A stretch of DNA of 47,034 nucleotides from Pseudomonadota bacterium (GTDB taxonomy: Bacteria > Pseudomonadota > Gammaproteobacteria > Xanthomonadales > Marinicellaceae): positions 1 to 47,034 of the forward strand of contig QQUO01000294.1 of the NCBI GenBank assembly GCA_008501575.1. The letters run 5' to 3'. Position 1 is the stretch's first letter. Every line of letters starts with the position of its first letter. Below the pieces are notes generated by a model that saw only the letters and a program-made list of their open reading frames with translations, did no database searches and was not told the origin of the DNA. The translations under genes and the position numbers were made by a program. Below, one piece after another: positions 34,916 through 44,646 of this stretch.

Positions 34916-37063
34916 ATGATTAATAGAGAGAAAACAATAGAACTATATAAAAAATATGGGTTTAAACATAGAAAAAGCTCATCAGGTAATTATTTTTTAG
35001 GGTTTACATATAAAACTGGATTTTTCAATAATGCAGAACTTGTTTCCTTAATAGGTGAAGACAAAGAAAAAGTTGAGTTAGAAATGAATGATAAAGCTAA
35101 TGAACTTGAAAAATTAGGCTTTTCAACAAAAAAAACATTTTACTCTTCATTTAATGAAATAGAAACTCAGTTATTCAAGGGTTTTTTTAATGTAAGTCAA
35201 TGGAAGAAGAATATTAAACACGAATATGAAAGTTTCATCAATAATATTTTGAAATCACTTCCAGATAATTCTTGCAAATATAAATATATAAATTCGCCTT
35301 ACATTAAAAATAGCAAAAAAGGTGAATCAAAAATTGTAGAAGAAGTTTGTAATGGGCTAAATGAGAAAGGTGCAGAACTAACAATAATTGAAGCTCCGGC
35401 AGGGTTTGGGAAAACTAGTACTTCTTATGAAATTTTAAATTGGTTACTTGAAAATACAGATTATCCAATACCTTTTTTTACAGAGTTCTCTAGAGATAGG
35501 CAAGCTCAAGTCTTTAGTCATATATTAATTCGAGAAGTAGACAGATCATTTACTTCAGTAAATTCTGATTTGGTTATAGAGCAAGTTAAAAAGGGACGAA
35601 TAATTATAGTTTTAGATGGTTTTGATGAACTTCTTCATGAAAGTGCTAATGATGATAAAAATAATCAAAAAGAAAACTTTGAAAGTACTGAACCAATGCT
35701 TGAAACAATTAGTGAATTATTAACAGATAATTCAAAAGTTATTTTGACATCACGTAGATCAGCTATTTTTGATGGCGAGTTATTTAATGAATGGGTAGAT
35801 AAATACGCAGATACTTTCAGAATTAACAGATATCGAATTGAATCACCAAATATAACAGATTGGCTGGATGATGAAAAAATAAAGAAACTAAAAAAAGTGA
35901 ATATTCAAATAGAGGATTTGGCTAATCCAGTTCTTTTAACATTTTTAAGAAGTATAAATATTAGAAAACTTAAAAAACTTTGCGAAACCCCTAAGCTAAT
36001 TGTAGAACATTACTTTGAATCTATGCTTGAGAGAGAAATTGATAGGCAAAACTTAAGAATGAGTGTCGATCAGCAAAATAAATTATTTAAGTTAATTGCT
36101 CAGGATATGTCTAGTAATGATTATACAACTATTTCAAAAGAAGCTTTAATATCCTTTATTAAAGAGAAGGCAAAAGATATATTGCAAAAAGTTAGAGAAT
36201 CATACTCAGCTCAAAATAGGCCAACTATTGATAAGCTCTCCAACACACTATCAAATCATGCTTTTTTTGATAAAAGTAGCTATGGCGAAAATAATATAGA
36301 ATTTATAAATGAGTTTGTTTTCGGTAATTATATTGGTCTTAATATTTTAGAGTTTGATGGGAATTGGATAGCAAGTGATGAAAGGTTTGTTGAACCAGCA
36401 GTTAATTCTTATATTGCAAGAGATTGGGACACTAGAAAGCGTCTATGGAAAAAGCTAGAAAGTATAAATGAGTTTTTAGAGCCTTCAATAAGACATAAAT
36501 TCGAAGCTCAACTTACACGTGTTGTTAATGATAATAGTTATGATGGCGTAGATATTTCATCGTTAAATTTAAAAAATATAAAATTTTTTAAAAAAGGATC
36601 AATCAATAAAAGTATTTACCATAATTGTACTTTCACAAATTGTATATTCTATCTTGAAAATTTTAATGATGTTACATTTTTAAATTGTACCTTTTGGAAT
36701 TGTTTATTTGAATTTCATGAGATTAGTGAGCAATCCATACAATTTTACAACTGTAAAGACAATACTAATGTAATCCAATCATATGAGGAATCATTTCAAG
36801 ATGATGAACAAACTGAAAAACCAGACGTGCAAAAATATATACTTACAAAAATATGGCCCTTAAGTCAGCCTTCATTAAGAAGAATTCATTACTTTTTATC
36901 TAATTTGTTTCAAACAGATGAATTTACTAAAAAAGAATTAATAAAGGGTATTAAAGAACTAAAATCGAAAGAGATATTGATTGATGCCCATGATTCAAAT
37001 TTTATTCAAATAAATAAACATAAAATCAACGAATTTAAAAAGATTCAAGGAAGAAGCGAATGA
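34916..37063 (+). CDS. NACHT/STAND-like P-loop NTPase with pentapeptide-like repeats
   Basis: EAPAGFGKTS (Walker A), IIIVLDGFDEL (Walker B), VILTSR, NPVLL; NCTFTNCIF...NCTFWNCLF repeats. Confidence 0.85.
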   Translation: MINREKTIELYKKYGFKHRKSSSGNYFLGFTYKTGFFNNAELVSLIGEDKEKVELEMNDKANELEKLGFSTKKTFYSSFNEIETQLFKGFFNVSQWKKNIKHEYESFINNILKSLPDNSCKYKYINSPYIKNSKKGESKIVEEVCNGLNEKGAELTIIEAPAGFGKTSTSYEILNWLLENTDYPIPFFTEFSRDRQAQVFSHILIREVDRSFTSVNSDLVIEQVKKGRIIIVLDGFDELLHESANDDKNNQKENFESTEPMLETISELLTDNSKVILTSRRSAIFDGELFNEWVDKYADTFRINRYRIESPNITDWLDDEKIKKLKKVNIQIEDLANPVLLTFLRSINIRKLKKLCETPKLIVEHYFESMLEREIDRQNLRMSVDQQNKLFKLIAQDMSSNDYTTISKEALISFIKEKAKDILQKVRESYSAQNRPTIDKLSNTLSNHAFFDKSSYGENNIEFINEFVFGNYIGLNILEFDGNWIASDERFVEPAVNSYIARDWDTRKRLWKKLESINEFLEPSIRHKFEAQLTRVVNDNSYDGVDISSLNLKNIKFFKKGSINKSIYHNCTFTNCIFYLENFNDVTFLNCTFWNCLFEFHEISEQSIQFYNCKDNTNVIQSYEESFQDDEQTEKPDVQKYILTKIWPLSQPSLRRIHYFLSNLFQTDEFTKKELIKGIKELKSKEILIDAHDSNFIQINKHKINEFKKIQGRSE

Positions 37064-37926
37064 TTGATCACTTAAATACGAAATTTATTGAACGGGAAAT
37101 TGTAAGAGAGATTAGTGAAATACTTAACAGTGTTGGAATTATGTTTAGGATTTTTTCAAGATCAAAATCAAGTAGATCTGTCAGTAAAAAAATAGAATCT
37201 GATCAAGAATATGGCAAATCAAAAAAGATTCAAGATTTGTTAGGCATAAGAATAGTACTGTATTTTAATGATGATATAGAAACTGTCCGAAATATCATAT
37301 CAAGGAGTTACTCTGAAAGTTCTAATGATGTAAGTATTGATGCAGTTAATAGTGAACAGTTTAAAGCATTACGATATAACATTATTTATAAATTACCTTC
37401 AAATCATAAAGAGGATTTAAAGTTAGAAGATTTATCAAATTTATTTGATTATACTTTTGAGCTTCAAATTAGAACTATTTTTTCAGAGGGTTGGCATGAA
37501 GTAGAGCACGATCTAAGGTACAAATGTAAATCCGATTGGAAGAGTTATGAGTTACAAAGTAGATTACTAAATGGTGTCTATGCATCTTTAGAAACAAATG
37601 AATGGACTATGATAAAAATTTTTGATGAACTTTCATATAACCATTATTTGAATAAAGAATGGGAAGCAATGTTTAGACAAAAATTTAGAATGAGATTTTT
37701 AGAGGATAAAATAAGTTCTGATATAAATACAATTTTTCAAAATAATTCAATAGCTAAAAAATTTTTCAGAATTGAAAGAAACAAACTTATTGAAGAAATG
37801 AATCTTAGAGGGTTTTATTTCCCAATAACTATAGATAATATCATTTATTTTGGTAATTTGGTTTTTGTTAAAAATAGTGAGATAAAAAGAATAACTCCAA
37901 ATATAATGATAAATGACATGACTTAA
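37060..37926 (+). CDS. RelA/SpoT-domain nucleotidyltransferase (small alarmone synthetase-like)
   Basis: R.KS..S...KI, QDLLGIRIV, FELQIRT...EGWHEVEHDLRYK; ATGA-coupled to the NTPase. Confidence 0.88.
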   Translation: MIDHLNTKFIEREIVREISEILNSVGIMFRIFSRSKSSRSVSKKIESDQEYGKSKKIQDLLGIRIVLYFNDDIETVRNIISRSYSESSNDVSIDAVNSEQFKALRYNIIYKLPSNHKEDLKLEDLSNLFDYTFELQIRTIFSEGWHEVEHDLRYKCKSDWKSYELQSRLLNGVYASLETNEWTMIKIFDELSYNHYLNKEWEAMFRQKFRMRFLEDKISSDINTIFQNNSIAKKFFRIERNKLIEEMNLRGFYFPITIDNIIYFGNLVFVKNSEIKRITPNIMINDMT

Positions 37927-38080
37927 ATGCAGAAGTTTAAGTGGTCAATTATTTTTTAAAAACTTGGACCTCCGGGTGGCTTACAGGAAGTAAGTCTGCA
38001 ACGATAGCAATGGACGCGATAGTCGTCACCAAGAGTAGGGCCTTTAAGGCAGCCCGAAGGTGTCGCGGTTTGTTGGAAGA

Positions 38081-38103
38081 TTGATGGGCGGAGCCCATCC
38101 TAC
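38081..38103. repeat. Single REP
   Basis: TTGATGGGCGGAGCCCATCCTAC. Confidence 0.75.
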
Positions 38104-38292
38104 GCTTTCTATCATCACGCATAATGTCCTAAGTCCCGGGACGTGGGACAAGCTCTATTGACAAGGACAATTATTAGATAAATCAGGATTTTTTTAAGTA
38201 AAGAGATTAATACCCAATAATATTAAATATTTGGTAAATATGTTAAAAAGTGGTCGTTAAAGATTTATGAATGCACGTTATGAACTAAGTAT

Positions 38293-38943
38293 ATGATTAT
38301 TTTCTTGGATGAATCTGGTGACTTGGGTTTTGATTTTGAAAATAAGAGTCCATCGAGCTATTTTGTGATTACATTACTCGTTTGTGATGGTAAACCAGCC
38401 ACAGATTCTTTTAAAGTGGCAGTAAAGCGTGCTTTGAAAAATAAACTTAACCACAAGAAATCCAGAAGAAAAGTACAGGAACTGCATGCGACTCAATTAA
38501 GCTTTTCGATAAAAAAATATTTTTACAAGCAAATTAAATGTTTCGATTGGCAGATTTACACAATCGGATTAAATAAAAGAAATGTGTTTGAATACCTGAC
38601 GAATAAGGTGGGTCGCAAAAAACTGTATAATTATTTAGCCAACTACATCATTGAAAAAGTTAATTTTAAACGCGCCACTTCGGCGGTGACTTTAGTGGTG
38701 GATAAATGTAAGAATAAAGCTGAGATAGAGGACTTTAATCAGTATTTAGAGAATCAGTTAGAAGGGGAATTGCCATTGGAAACTTCCCTAAATGTGTACC
38801 ATGCAGATTCAATGAATAGTTTTGGTTTACAGGCGGTTGATTTATTTTGTTGGGGTGTGTTTCGAAAATACGAACGACAAGATTTGCAATGGTATGATAT
38901 TTATAAAAAACAGATTAAGTTCGAAACGGAATATTTGAAATGA
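38293..38943 (+). CDS. DUF3800 family protein
   Basis: IFLDESGDLG, ELH, and C-terminal S....GLQAVD motifs. Confidence 0.88.
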   Translation: MIIFLDESGDLGFDFENKSPSSYFVITLLVCDGKPATDSFKVAVKRALKNKLNHKKSRRKVQELHATQLSFSIKKYFYKQIKCFDWQIYTIGLNKRNVFEYLTNKVGRKKLYNYLANYIIEKVNFKRATSAVTLVVDKCKNKAEIEDFNQYLENQLEGELPLETSLNVYHADSMNSFGLQAVDLFCWGVFRKYERQDLQWYDIYKKQIKFETEYLK

Positions 38944-38951
38944 AAATCAGG

Positions 38952-39048
38952 CAAAAAAAAGACGGCCCCTGTTATGTCGATAATCTTCAAACTCTTGCCA
39001 ACCGATGGAAGGGAACATTTGAAGCACATAAGAGGATTTACCCGTCTG
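38952..39048 (-). ncRNA. DUF3800-associated ncRNA (~95 nt), convergent with the gene
   Basis: Nested stems AGACGG/CCGTCT, TTATGT/ACATAA and CTTCAAA/TTTGAAG. It has its own minus-strand promoter and a U8 tail. Confidence 0.75.
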
Positions 39049-39053
39049 TTTCA

Positions 39054-39082
39054 ATTATGGCGCCGGGGAATAACAATTTCAA
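39054..39082 (-). promoter_or_regulatory. Promoter for the DUF3800 ncRNA
   Basis: Minus strand TTGAAA-17-CATAAT, placing +1 at the first base of the closing stem. Confidence 0.7.
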
Positions 39083-39117
39083 GTATTTAATGATTAAACA
39101 GGCCTATATTGACTAAA

Positions 39118-41970
39118 ATGACCACCCAATCCGAACAAACCCTCGAAAACAGCCTGATTAAACAACTCACCGAACTGGGTTACTCGCGTGTTCATGTCAG
39201 TAATGACAAGGAACTGGTAGCTAACTTTAAAATCCAGCTGGAGCGTTTTAACGATGTTTCGTTAAGTGACCATGAGTTTAAGCAAATCCTCAATAGCATC
39301 AATAAGGGCAGTGTGTTTAATCGGGCGGGGATTTTACGGGATCGGGTGACGTATATGGATGGTGCGGGTGAGACCCGGACGGTACAGTTATTGGATGTCT
39401 TTAATTTAGATAAGAATACCTTTCAGGTGACGCAGCAGGTAAGGATGGAGGGGCGTTATCAGAATAGATATGATGTGACGATTTTGATTAATGGCTTGCC
39501 CTTGGTGCAGATTGAATTAAAGCGTCGCGGTTTGGAGCTGAAAGAGGCGTTTAATCAGATTAACCGTTATGAAAAACATTCCTATTGGTCGGGGCATGGT
39601 TTATTTCAGTTTGTGCAGTTGTTTGTGATTAGTAATGGCGTGAATACCAAGTACTTCGCTAACAATGCCATTGCCTCTCGTTCCTTTAAGCAGACCTTTT
39701 ACTGGAGCACCGAGGACAATAAGCAGGTGACGGATTTAAGCGCGTTCGCTGCGGCTTTTTTGTATCCGGGTCATCTGGCGAAAATGATTGCGCAGTATAT
39801 TGTTTTAAATGAAACTGAGAAGATGCTGATGGTGCTCAGGCCTTATCAGTATTACGCCACCGAGGCGATTGTCGAGCGGGTGAAAACGTCAAGCGATTAC
39901 GGTTATATCTGGCACACCACCGGTTCCGGTAAAACCTTGACCTCGTTTAAAACCGCACAAATTCTCACGGCTTTACCGGCGGTGCATAAGGTGGTGTTTG
40001 TGGTGGACCGCAAAGACCTCGATTATCAGACCAGTAAGGAATTTAATAAATTCGCCAAAGGCAGTATTGATGCCACGGAGAACACCGATGCGCTGGTGGA
40101 TCAGTTAACCGATGATACCGGCTTAGTGGTGACCACCATTCAAAAGCTCAATAATGCCATCAGTAAACAAAAATACCTGCAGAAGCTGGCGCATTTACAG
40201 GATAAAAAAGTAGTGTTTATTTTTGATGAATGTCACCGCAGTCAATTCGGTGATACCCATGGTCGGATTAAGGAGTTCTTTCAGGCCTGTCAGATGTTCG
40301 GTTTCACCGGCACGCCGATCTTTGTTGAAAATGCCATTAAGAATGACCTGGGTAAACGCACCACCGCCATGTTATTCGGCGACTGCCTGCATAAATATGT
40401 GATTACCGATGCCATCCGTGATGGCAATGTCTTAAAGTTCTCCATTGAGTACATTAATACCTTTAAACAAAAAAGTACCATTGATGACATTAAAGTCGAA
40501 GACATCAATGAGGACGAGGTCTTTAATGCCCCGGAACGCCTGAACTTAGTCACCGATTACATCATTCAGAACCACGCCAGGAAAACCCATAATAAGTCCT
40601 TCACGGCGATATTCTGCGTCTCAAGCATTGAAACCCTGATTCAGTATTATCAGCTGTTCCTCGATAAGAAAGCCCAAGGTGAGCATAATTTAAAGCTGGC
40701 CACCATTTTTTCCTACCAGGCCAATGAAGAAGATCAGGACGCCCAAGGTTTAGGCGCCACCGATGTTGACTATCAGATGTTACAAGCGGCCGAGAAGGGC
40801 GGGGCTTATTCAAGCCACAGCCGTGATCACCTGGAACATTTTATCGGCGAATACAACCAACAATTCGGCAGTAATTACACCACCAAAGATTCCAAATCCT
40901 TTTATAATTACTACACCGATATCGCCAAGCGGGTTAAAGCCAAACAAATCGATATTCTACTGGTGGTGAATATGTTCCTCACCGGTTTCGACAGTAAGCC
41001 CCTAAATACTTTGTACGTGGATAAAAACCTGAAATTCCACGGTCTGATTCAAGCCTTTTCCAGAACCAACCGAATTTACAATGAGCTGAAATCACAGGGC
41101 AATATTGTCTGTTTCCGTAACCTCAAAGACGCCACCGATGATGCCATCCGCTTATTCTCCAGCCTGGATAATAAAGATGACATCATTATTCCGCCCTATG
41201 AAGATTATCTGGAGAAATTCGGCCTCGCCTATGCGCTGTTATTGAGCTTAGCGCCGACGGTGGATAGTGTTAATGACCTACAAACGGAAGAAGATGAGTT
41301 CGCCTTCGTGAAAGCCTTTCGGGAGCTAATGCGCATTAAAAACGTCCTCACCAGCTTCACTGATTTTAGTTTCGATGACTTGGACATGGATGCCCAGGAA
41401 TTTGAAGATTACAAAAGCAAATACCTGGATTTATACGATAAAGTCCACCGCCACACTGAAAAAGAAAAAGTCTCAATTCTCGATGACCTTGACTTCGAAC
41501 TGGAACTGATTCACCGCGATGAAATTAACGTGGTCTATATCGTTAATTTACTGAAAGGCCTGAAAGATGTGCCGGAAGCGGAACAGAAAAAACAAAAAGA
41601 CCAGATTATCAACGCCATGATGAGCGAAGTCGAACTGCGCAGTAAACGCGAACTGATTGAAAAATTCATCAATAAACACCTGCCACTGATTGCCGACGCC
41701 GAATCAGTCCCCGACGCCTTTGACGCCTTCTGGGAAGCCGAAAAACAACGCGCCATCAAACTATTCTCAGAAACCGAACAACTCGACCCCGAGAAACTCG
41801 AATCCGTCATCGGCGACTTTCTTTACACCAAACGCGAACCCATGCGCGAAGACGTCATCAGCATGATGAAAACCCGCCCCAAACTCAAAGAACGCGCCAC
41901 CACCGCCGAACGCCTCATCCAAAAAGTCACCCATTACGTGGATACTTTTGTCAGTGGGATGGGTGGGTGA
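39118..41970 (+). CDS. hsdR: Type I restriction endonuclease subunit R
   Basis: RYDVTILINGLPLVQIELK, WHTTGSGKT, FDECHRSQFG, GFTGTP, QAFSRTNR. Confidence 0.97.
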   Translation: MTTQSEQTLENSLIKQLTELGYSRVHVSNDKELVANFKIQLERFNDVSLSDHEFKQILNSINKGSVFNRAGILRDRVTYMDGAGETRTVQLLDVFNLDKNTFQVTQQVRMEGRYQNRYDVTILINGLPLVQIELKRRGLELKEAFNQINRYEKHSYWSGHGLFQFVQLFVISNGVNTKYFANNAIASRSFKQTFYWSTEDNKQVTDLSAFAAAFLYPGHLAKMIAQYIVLNETEKMLMVLRPYQYYATEAIVERVKTSSDYGYIWHTTGSGKTLTSFKTAQILTALPAVHKVVFVVDRKDLDYQTSKEFNKFAKGSIDATENTDALVDQLTDDTGLVVTTIQKLNNAISKQKYLQKLAHLQDKKVVFIFDECHRSQFGDTHGRIKEFFQACQMFGFTGTPIFVENAIKNDLGKRTTAMLFGDCLHKYVITDAIRDGNVLKFSIEYINTFKQKSTIDDIKVEDINEDEVFNAPERLNLVTDYIIQNHARKTHNKSFTAIFCVSSIETLIQYYQLFLDKKAQGEHNLKLATIFSYQANEEDQDAQGLGATDVDYQMLQAAEKGGAYSSHSRDHLEHFIGEYNQQFGSNYTTKDSKSFYNYYTDIAKRVKAKQIDILLVVNMFLTGFDSKPLNTLYVDKNLKFHGLIQAFSRTNRIYNELKSQGNIVCFRNLKDATDDAIRLFSSLDNKDDIIIPPYEDYLEKFGLAYALLLSLAPTVDSVNDLQTEEDEFAFVKAFRELMRIKNVLTSFTDFSFDDLDMDAQEFEDYKSKYLDLYDKVHRHTEKEKVSILDDLDFELELIHRDEINVVYIVNLLKGLKDVPEAEQKKQKDQIINAMMSEVELRSKRELIEKFINKHLPLIADAESVPDAFDAFWEAEKQRAIKLFSETEQLDPEKLESVIGDFLYTKREPMREDVISMMKTRPKLKERATTAERLIQKVTHYVDTFVSGMGG

Positions 41971-41984
41971 TGTGCTTGTGAATG

Positions 41985-42062
41985 GTAGGATGGGCTCCGC
42001 CCATCAAATGATTACAGTGGTTTGCCAAAACTGGGCAGTTTGATGGGCTGAGCCCATCCTAC
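41985..42062. repeat. REPIN (inverted GTAG-REP doublet)
   Basis: GTAGGATGGGCTCCGCCCATCAAA ... TTTGATGGGCTGAGCCCATCCTAC, 78 bp. Confidence 0.88.
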
Positions 42063-42094
42063 AAATTTCAATGTTTATGCATAAGGATTAATTT

Positions 42095-42436
42095 ATGATG
42101 GAAATTTTATTGCCAATTTTTTATTCAGTACTGTTTTTTATTCTTTTATTTGGTGTACCGATTCAGCATTTAGTTACTTTATTGAGGCGGGATAACCGCA
42201 TTAAAGAGACCTATGAAAAGCCGCAAAACTATTATCGTCTGGCGCATATTCACGTGGTTAATTTAATATTTATATGGACGGTTCTTTTCTTGGCCTGGCT
42301 TTATTTTAGGGATGCAGGCTCAGGATCTTTTAATGGCATAATGCTAGCGCCATTCCTGCTGATTTATATTATGTTATGCGTGTTGATAGAAAAGAAGATT
42401 AATAAGCTTCCGCGTATTCAAAAGCCCAACCATTGA
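42095..42436 (+). CDS. Small three-TM membrane protein
   Basis: AAGGA RBS, three hydrophobic segments. Confidence 0.75.
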   Translation: MMEILLPIFYSVLFFILLFGVPIQHLVTLLRRDNRIKETYEKPQNYYRLAHIHVVNLIFIWTVLFLAWLYFRDAGSGSFNGIMLAPFLLIYIMLCVLIEKKINKLPRIQKPNH

Positions 42437-42472
42437 ATTGCATAACTTTTTTGTTATGAGCCAATTAGCCAT

Positions 42473-42550
42473 GTAGGATGGGCTCCGCCCATCAAATGAT
42501 TACGGTGGTTTGCTAAAACTGGGCAGTTTGATGGGCAGAGCCCATCCTAC
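42473..42550. repeat. REPIN, near-identical to 41985-42062
   Basis: Same 78-bp structure with a few substitutions. Confidence 0.88.
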
Positions 42551-42664
42551 GATTATTTGGTTACAATTCGTACGGCTTTCAGCTTTCATCAAAATTTTTA
42601 ATAAACATGTCTGTAGTTGGCTACAATAGATAATTGTCATTGGTTTAAATTAAGGAGCGCCACC

Positions 42665-43540
42665 TTGGAAAACAGTATTCTGACTGATGTCTTATTGCCG
42701 TTGTCGTTGTTTATTATTATGCTTGGCATGGGCATGTCTTTGGTAATCGATGATTTTAAAAACGTGGTGCTGTTTCCTAAAGCGGTGATTTTAGGTTTAG
42801 TGGGGCAGATTATTGTATTGCCGCTGATTGCTTTTACCTTAGTGAAATTATTTAATGCACCACCGATGATTGCTGTTGGAGTGATGTTGATTGCAGCCTG
42901 TCCGGGTGGCAGCACGTCGAATTTAATCAGTCATTTGGCCAAAGGCGATACCGCCTTGTCCATCAGTCTAACGGCCATCAGTAGTTTGATCACGGTGATC
43001 ACCATTCCATTTATCGTCGGCCTGAGCATGGTCTATTTTTTGGCGGCGGATCAAGCCATTCAATTGCCGGTCGGGAAGACCATCATTACCTTGATTGTTA
43101 TCACCTTGATACCGGTTAGTCTGGGTATGCTGGTGCGCAAAAAGTACCCAGGCTTTGCCATAAAGCAAGAAACAAAAGTGAATGTTTTTTCGGCCTTATT
43201 TTTGGCATTTTTGATAGCAGCTATTATATTTCAACAAACAGACGTGGTGAAGACCGGTATTGCAACCACCGGTTTGGTGGTCCTCAGTTTGAATGTATTC
43301 GCTATGATTTCCGGCTTTATTATCGCCAGAGTCTTTCAACTAAATGCCCGGCAAAGCACCACCATTAGTATTGAAATTGGCATTCAAAATGGTACGCTGG
43401 CGATTTTAGTCGCCACCACAATCCTGCACCAGCCGGCCATCGCCATTCCTGCGGCCATTTATTCGCTGATTATGTTTGTTAGTGGTGCTTTGCTGATAGT
43501 TTGGCGTAGGTATCAAACTAATTCATCAGCTAAAAGATGA
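42665..43540 (+). CDS. Bile acid:sodium symporter (BASS) family transporter
   Basis: IMLGMG.SL...DF, CPGGSTSN...HLA.GD.ALS, EIGIQNG.LA; TAAGGAG RBS with TTG 42665. Confidence 0.93.
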   Translation: MENSILTDVLLPLSLFIIMLGMGMSLVIDDFKNVVLFPKAVILGLVGQIIVLPLIAFTLVKLFNAPPMIAVGVMLIAACPGGSTSNLISHLAKGDTALSISLTAISSLITVITIPFIVGLSMVYFLAADQAIQLPVGKTIITLIVITLIPVSLGMLVRKKYPGFAIKQETKVNVFSALFLAFLIAAIIFQQTDVVKTGIATTGLVVLSLNVFAMISGFIIARVFQLNARQSTTISIEIGIQNGTLAILVATTILHQPAIAIPAAIYSLIMFVSGALLIVWRRYQTNSSAKR

Positions 43541-43725
43541 CTGACCCAGATCTGACATAATTACAAAAAAATAGCCATCAACTAAAGTTCAAAGCCAAAT
43601 CTATCCAGTCAAATATTACTTAAGAATTGTTATGTAATCAGATGAGTTATTATCTTAAAAAAAGTCAATTATTTTGAAATCTATTGAGATAATTTGCTTA
43701 ATTAAAACACCTTTATTTTATAGAT

Positions 43726-44622
43726 ATGAAAATATTGGTGGTAGTTATGAGTAATAAAATCATCGATTATAAAACCGAATTTGGTCGGTTTAAGCAAATG
43801 AATCGTTATTATCCTGAAATAATGCCCATTATCAGCGAAGGTGATTCTTGGTTTTCCTACCCTTTAACGGGAGCTAATTTGATGGATCAATTAGTCTTTA
43901 AATTTGAGGGCTGCATTAATTATCTCAGGTTAGAGAGTAGTGGTCATGAAGCGCAGCAAATATTCAAAAGCACAAGTTCTGGCCAATTAAAAGATCTCAT
44001 TAAACACATTGCTTTTTTTAAAGTGCCTATTGTTTTGCTTTCGGCAGGCGGGAATGATGTTGTCGGCAAGTCTAAAATAGATTTATATGAAATGGCTAAC
44101 CATGACAGGGATGTAGCCACATTAATTAATAGTGCAGGCCTACAGGCTGAACTGTTAGCTGTTAAAGATAGTTTTGAGAGAGCGATATTAGGTTTAATAG
44201 CTGCTAACCCAGATATAAGAATTATTACTCATTCATACGATTACCCCATAGTCAGCGGTAACGCAGCGCCAATTACGATTAATTCTTTAGGACTTATTGC
44301 ACCTGTTGTAAATGTTTTTAAACAAGTTGGGCCATGGATTTTTCCTATACTTAAAGAGAAAGGTTTAACCAACCAAGATGCACAACAAATGTTTGCTGAA
44401 CAATTGATTAATCAATTTCATGACTTTATTTTGTTGCCTTTGAAAAACCAGTACACAGATAATTTCGATTTTGTCGACTTAAGAGGCTCTTTAAATCAAA
44501 TTAATTACAACTGGAATGATGAAATTCATCCAAGTGCGGCAGGTTTTGAAATTCTAGCAAATAAATTTTGGCAGAAATTACGTCCTGAAATAATAAACGC
44601 TTACCGTAAGTGGCAGTCATAA
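43726..44622 (+). CDS. SGNH/GDSL hydrolase
   Basis: EGDSW, SAGGND and DEIHP blocks. The start may be 43747. Confidence 0.85.
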   Translation: MKILVVVMSNKIIDYKTEFGRFKQMNRYYPEIMPIISEGDSWFSYPLTGANLMDQLVFKFEGCINYLRLESSGHEAQQIFKSTSSGQLKDLIKHIAFFKVPIVLLSAGGNDVVGKSKIDLYEMANHDRDVATLINSAGLQAELLAVKDSFERAILGLIAANPDIRIITHSYDYPIVSGNAAPITINSLGLIAPVVNVFKQVGPWIFPILKEKGLTNQDAQQMFAEQLINQFHDFILLPLKNQYTDNFDFVDLRGSLNQINYNWNDEIHPSAAGFEILANKFWQKLRPEIINAYRKWQS

Positions 44623-44646
44623 ATATAACCAACATTAAGAGGATAT

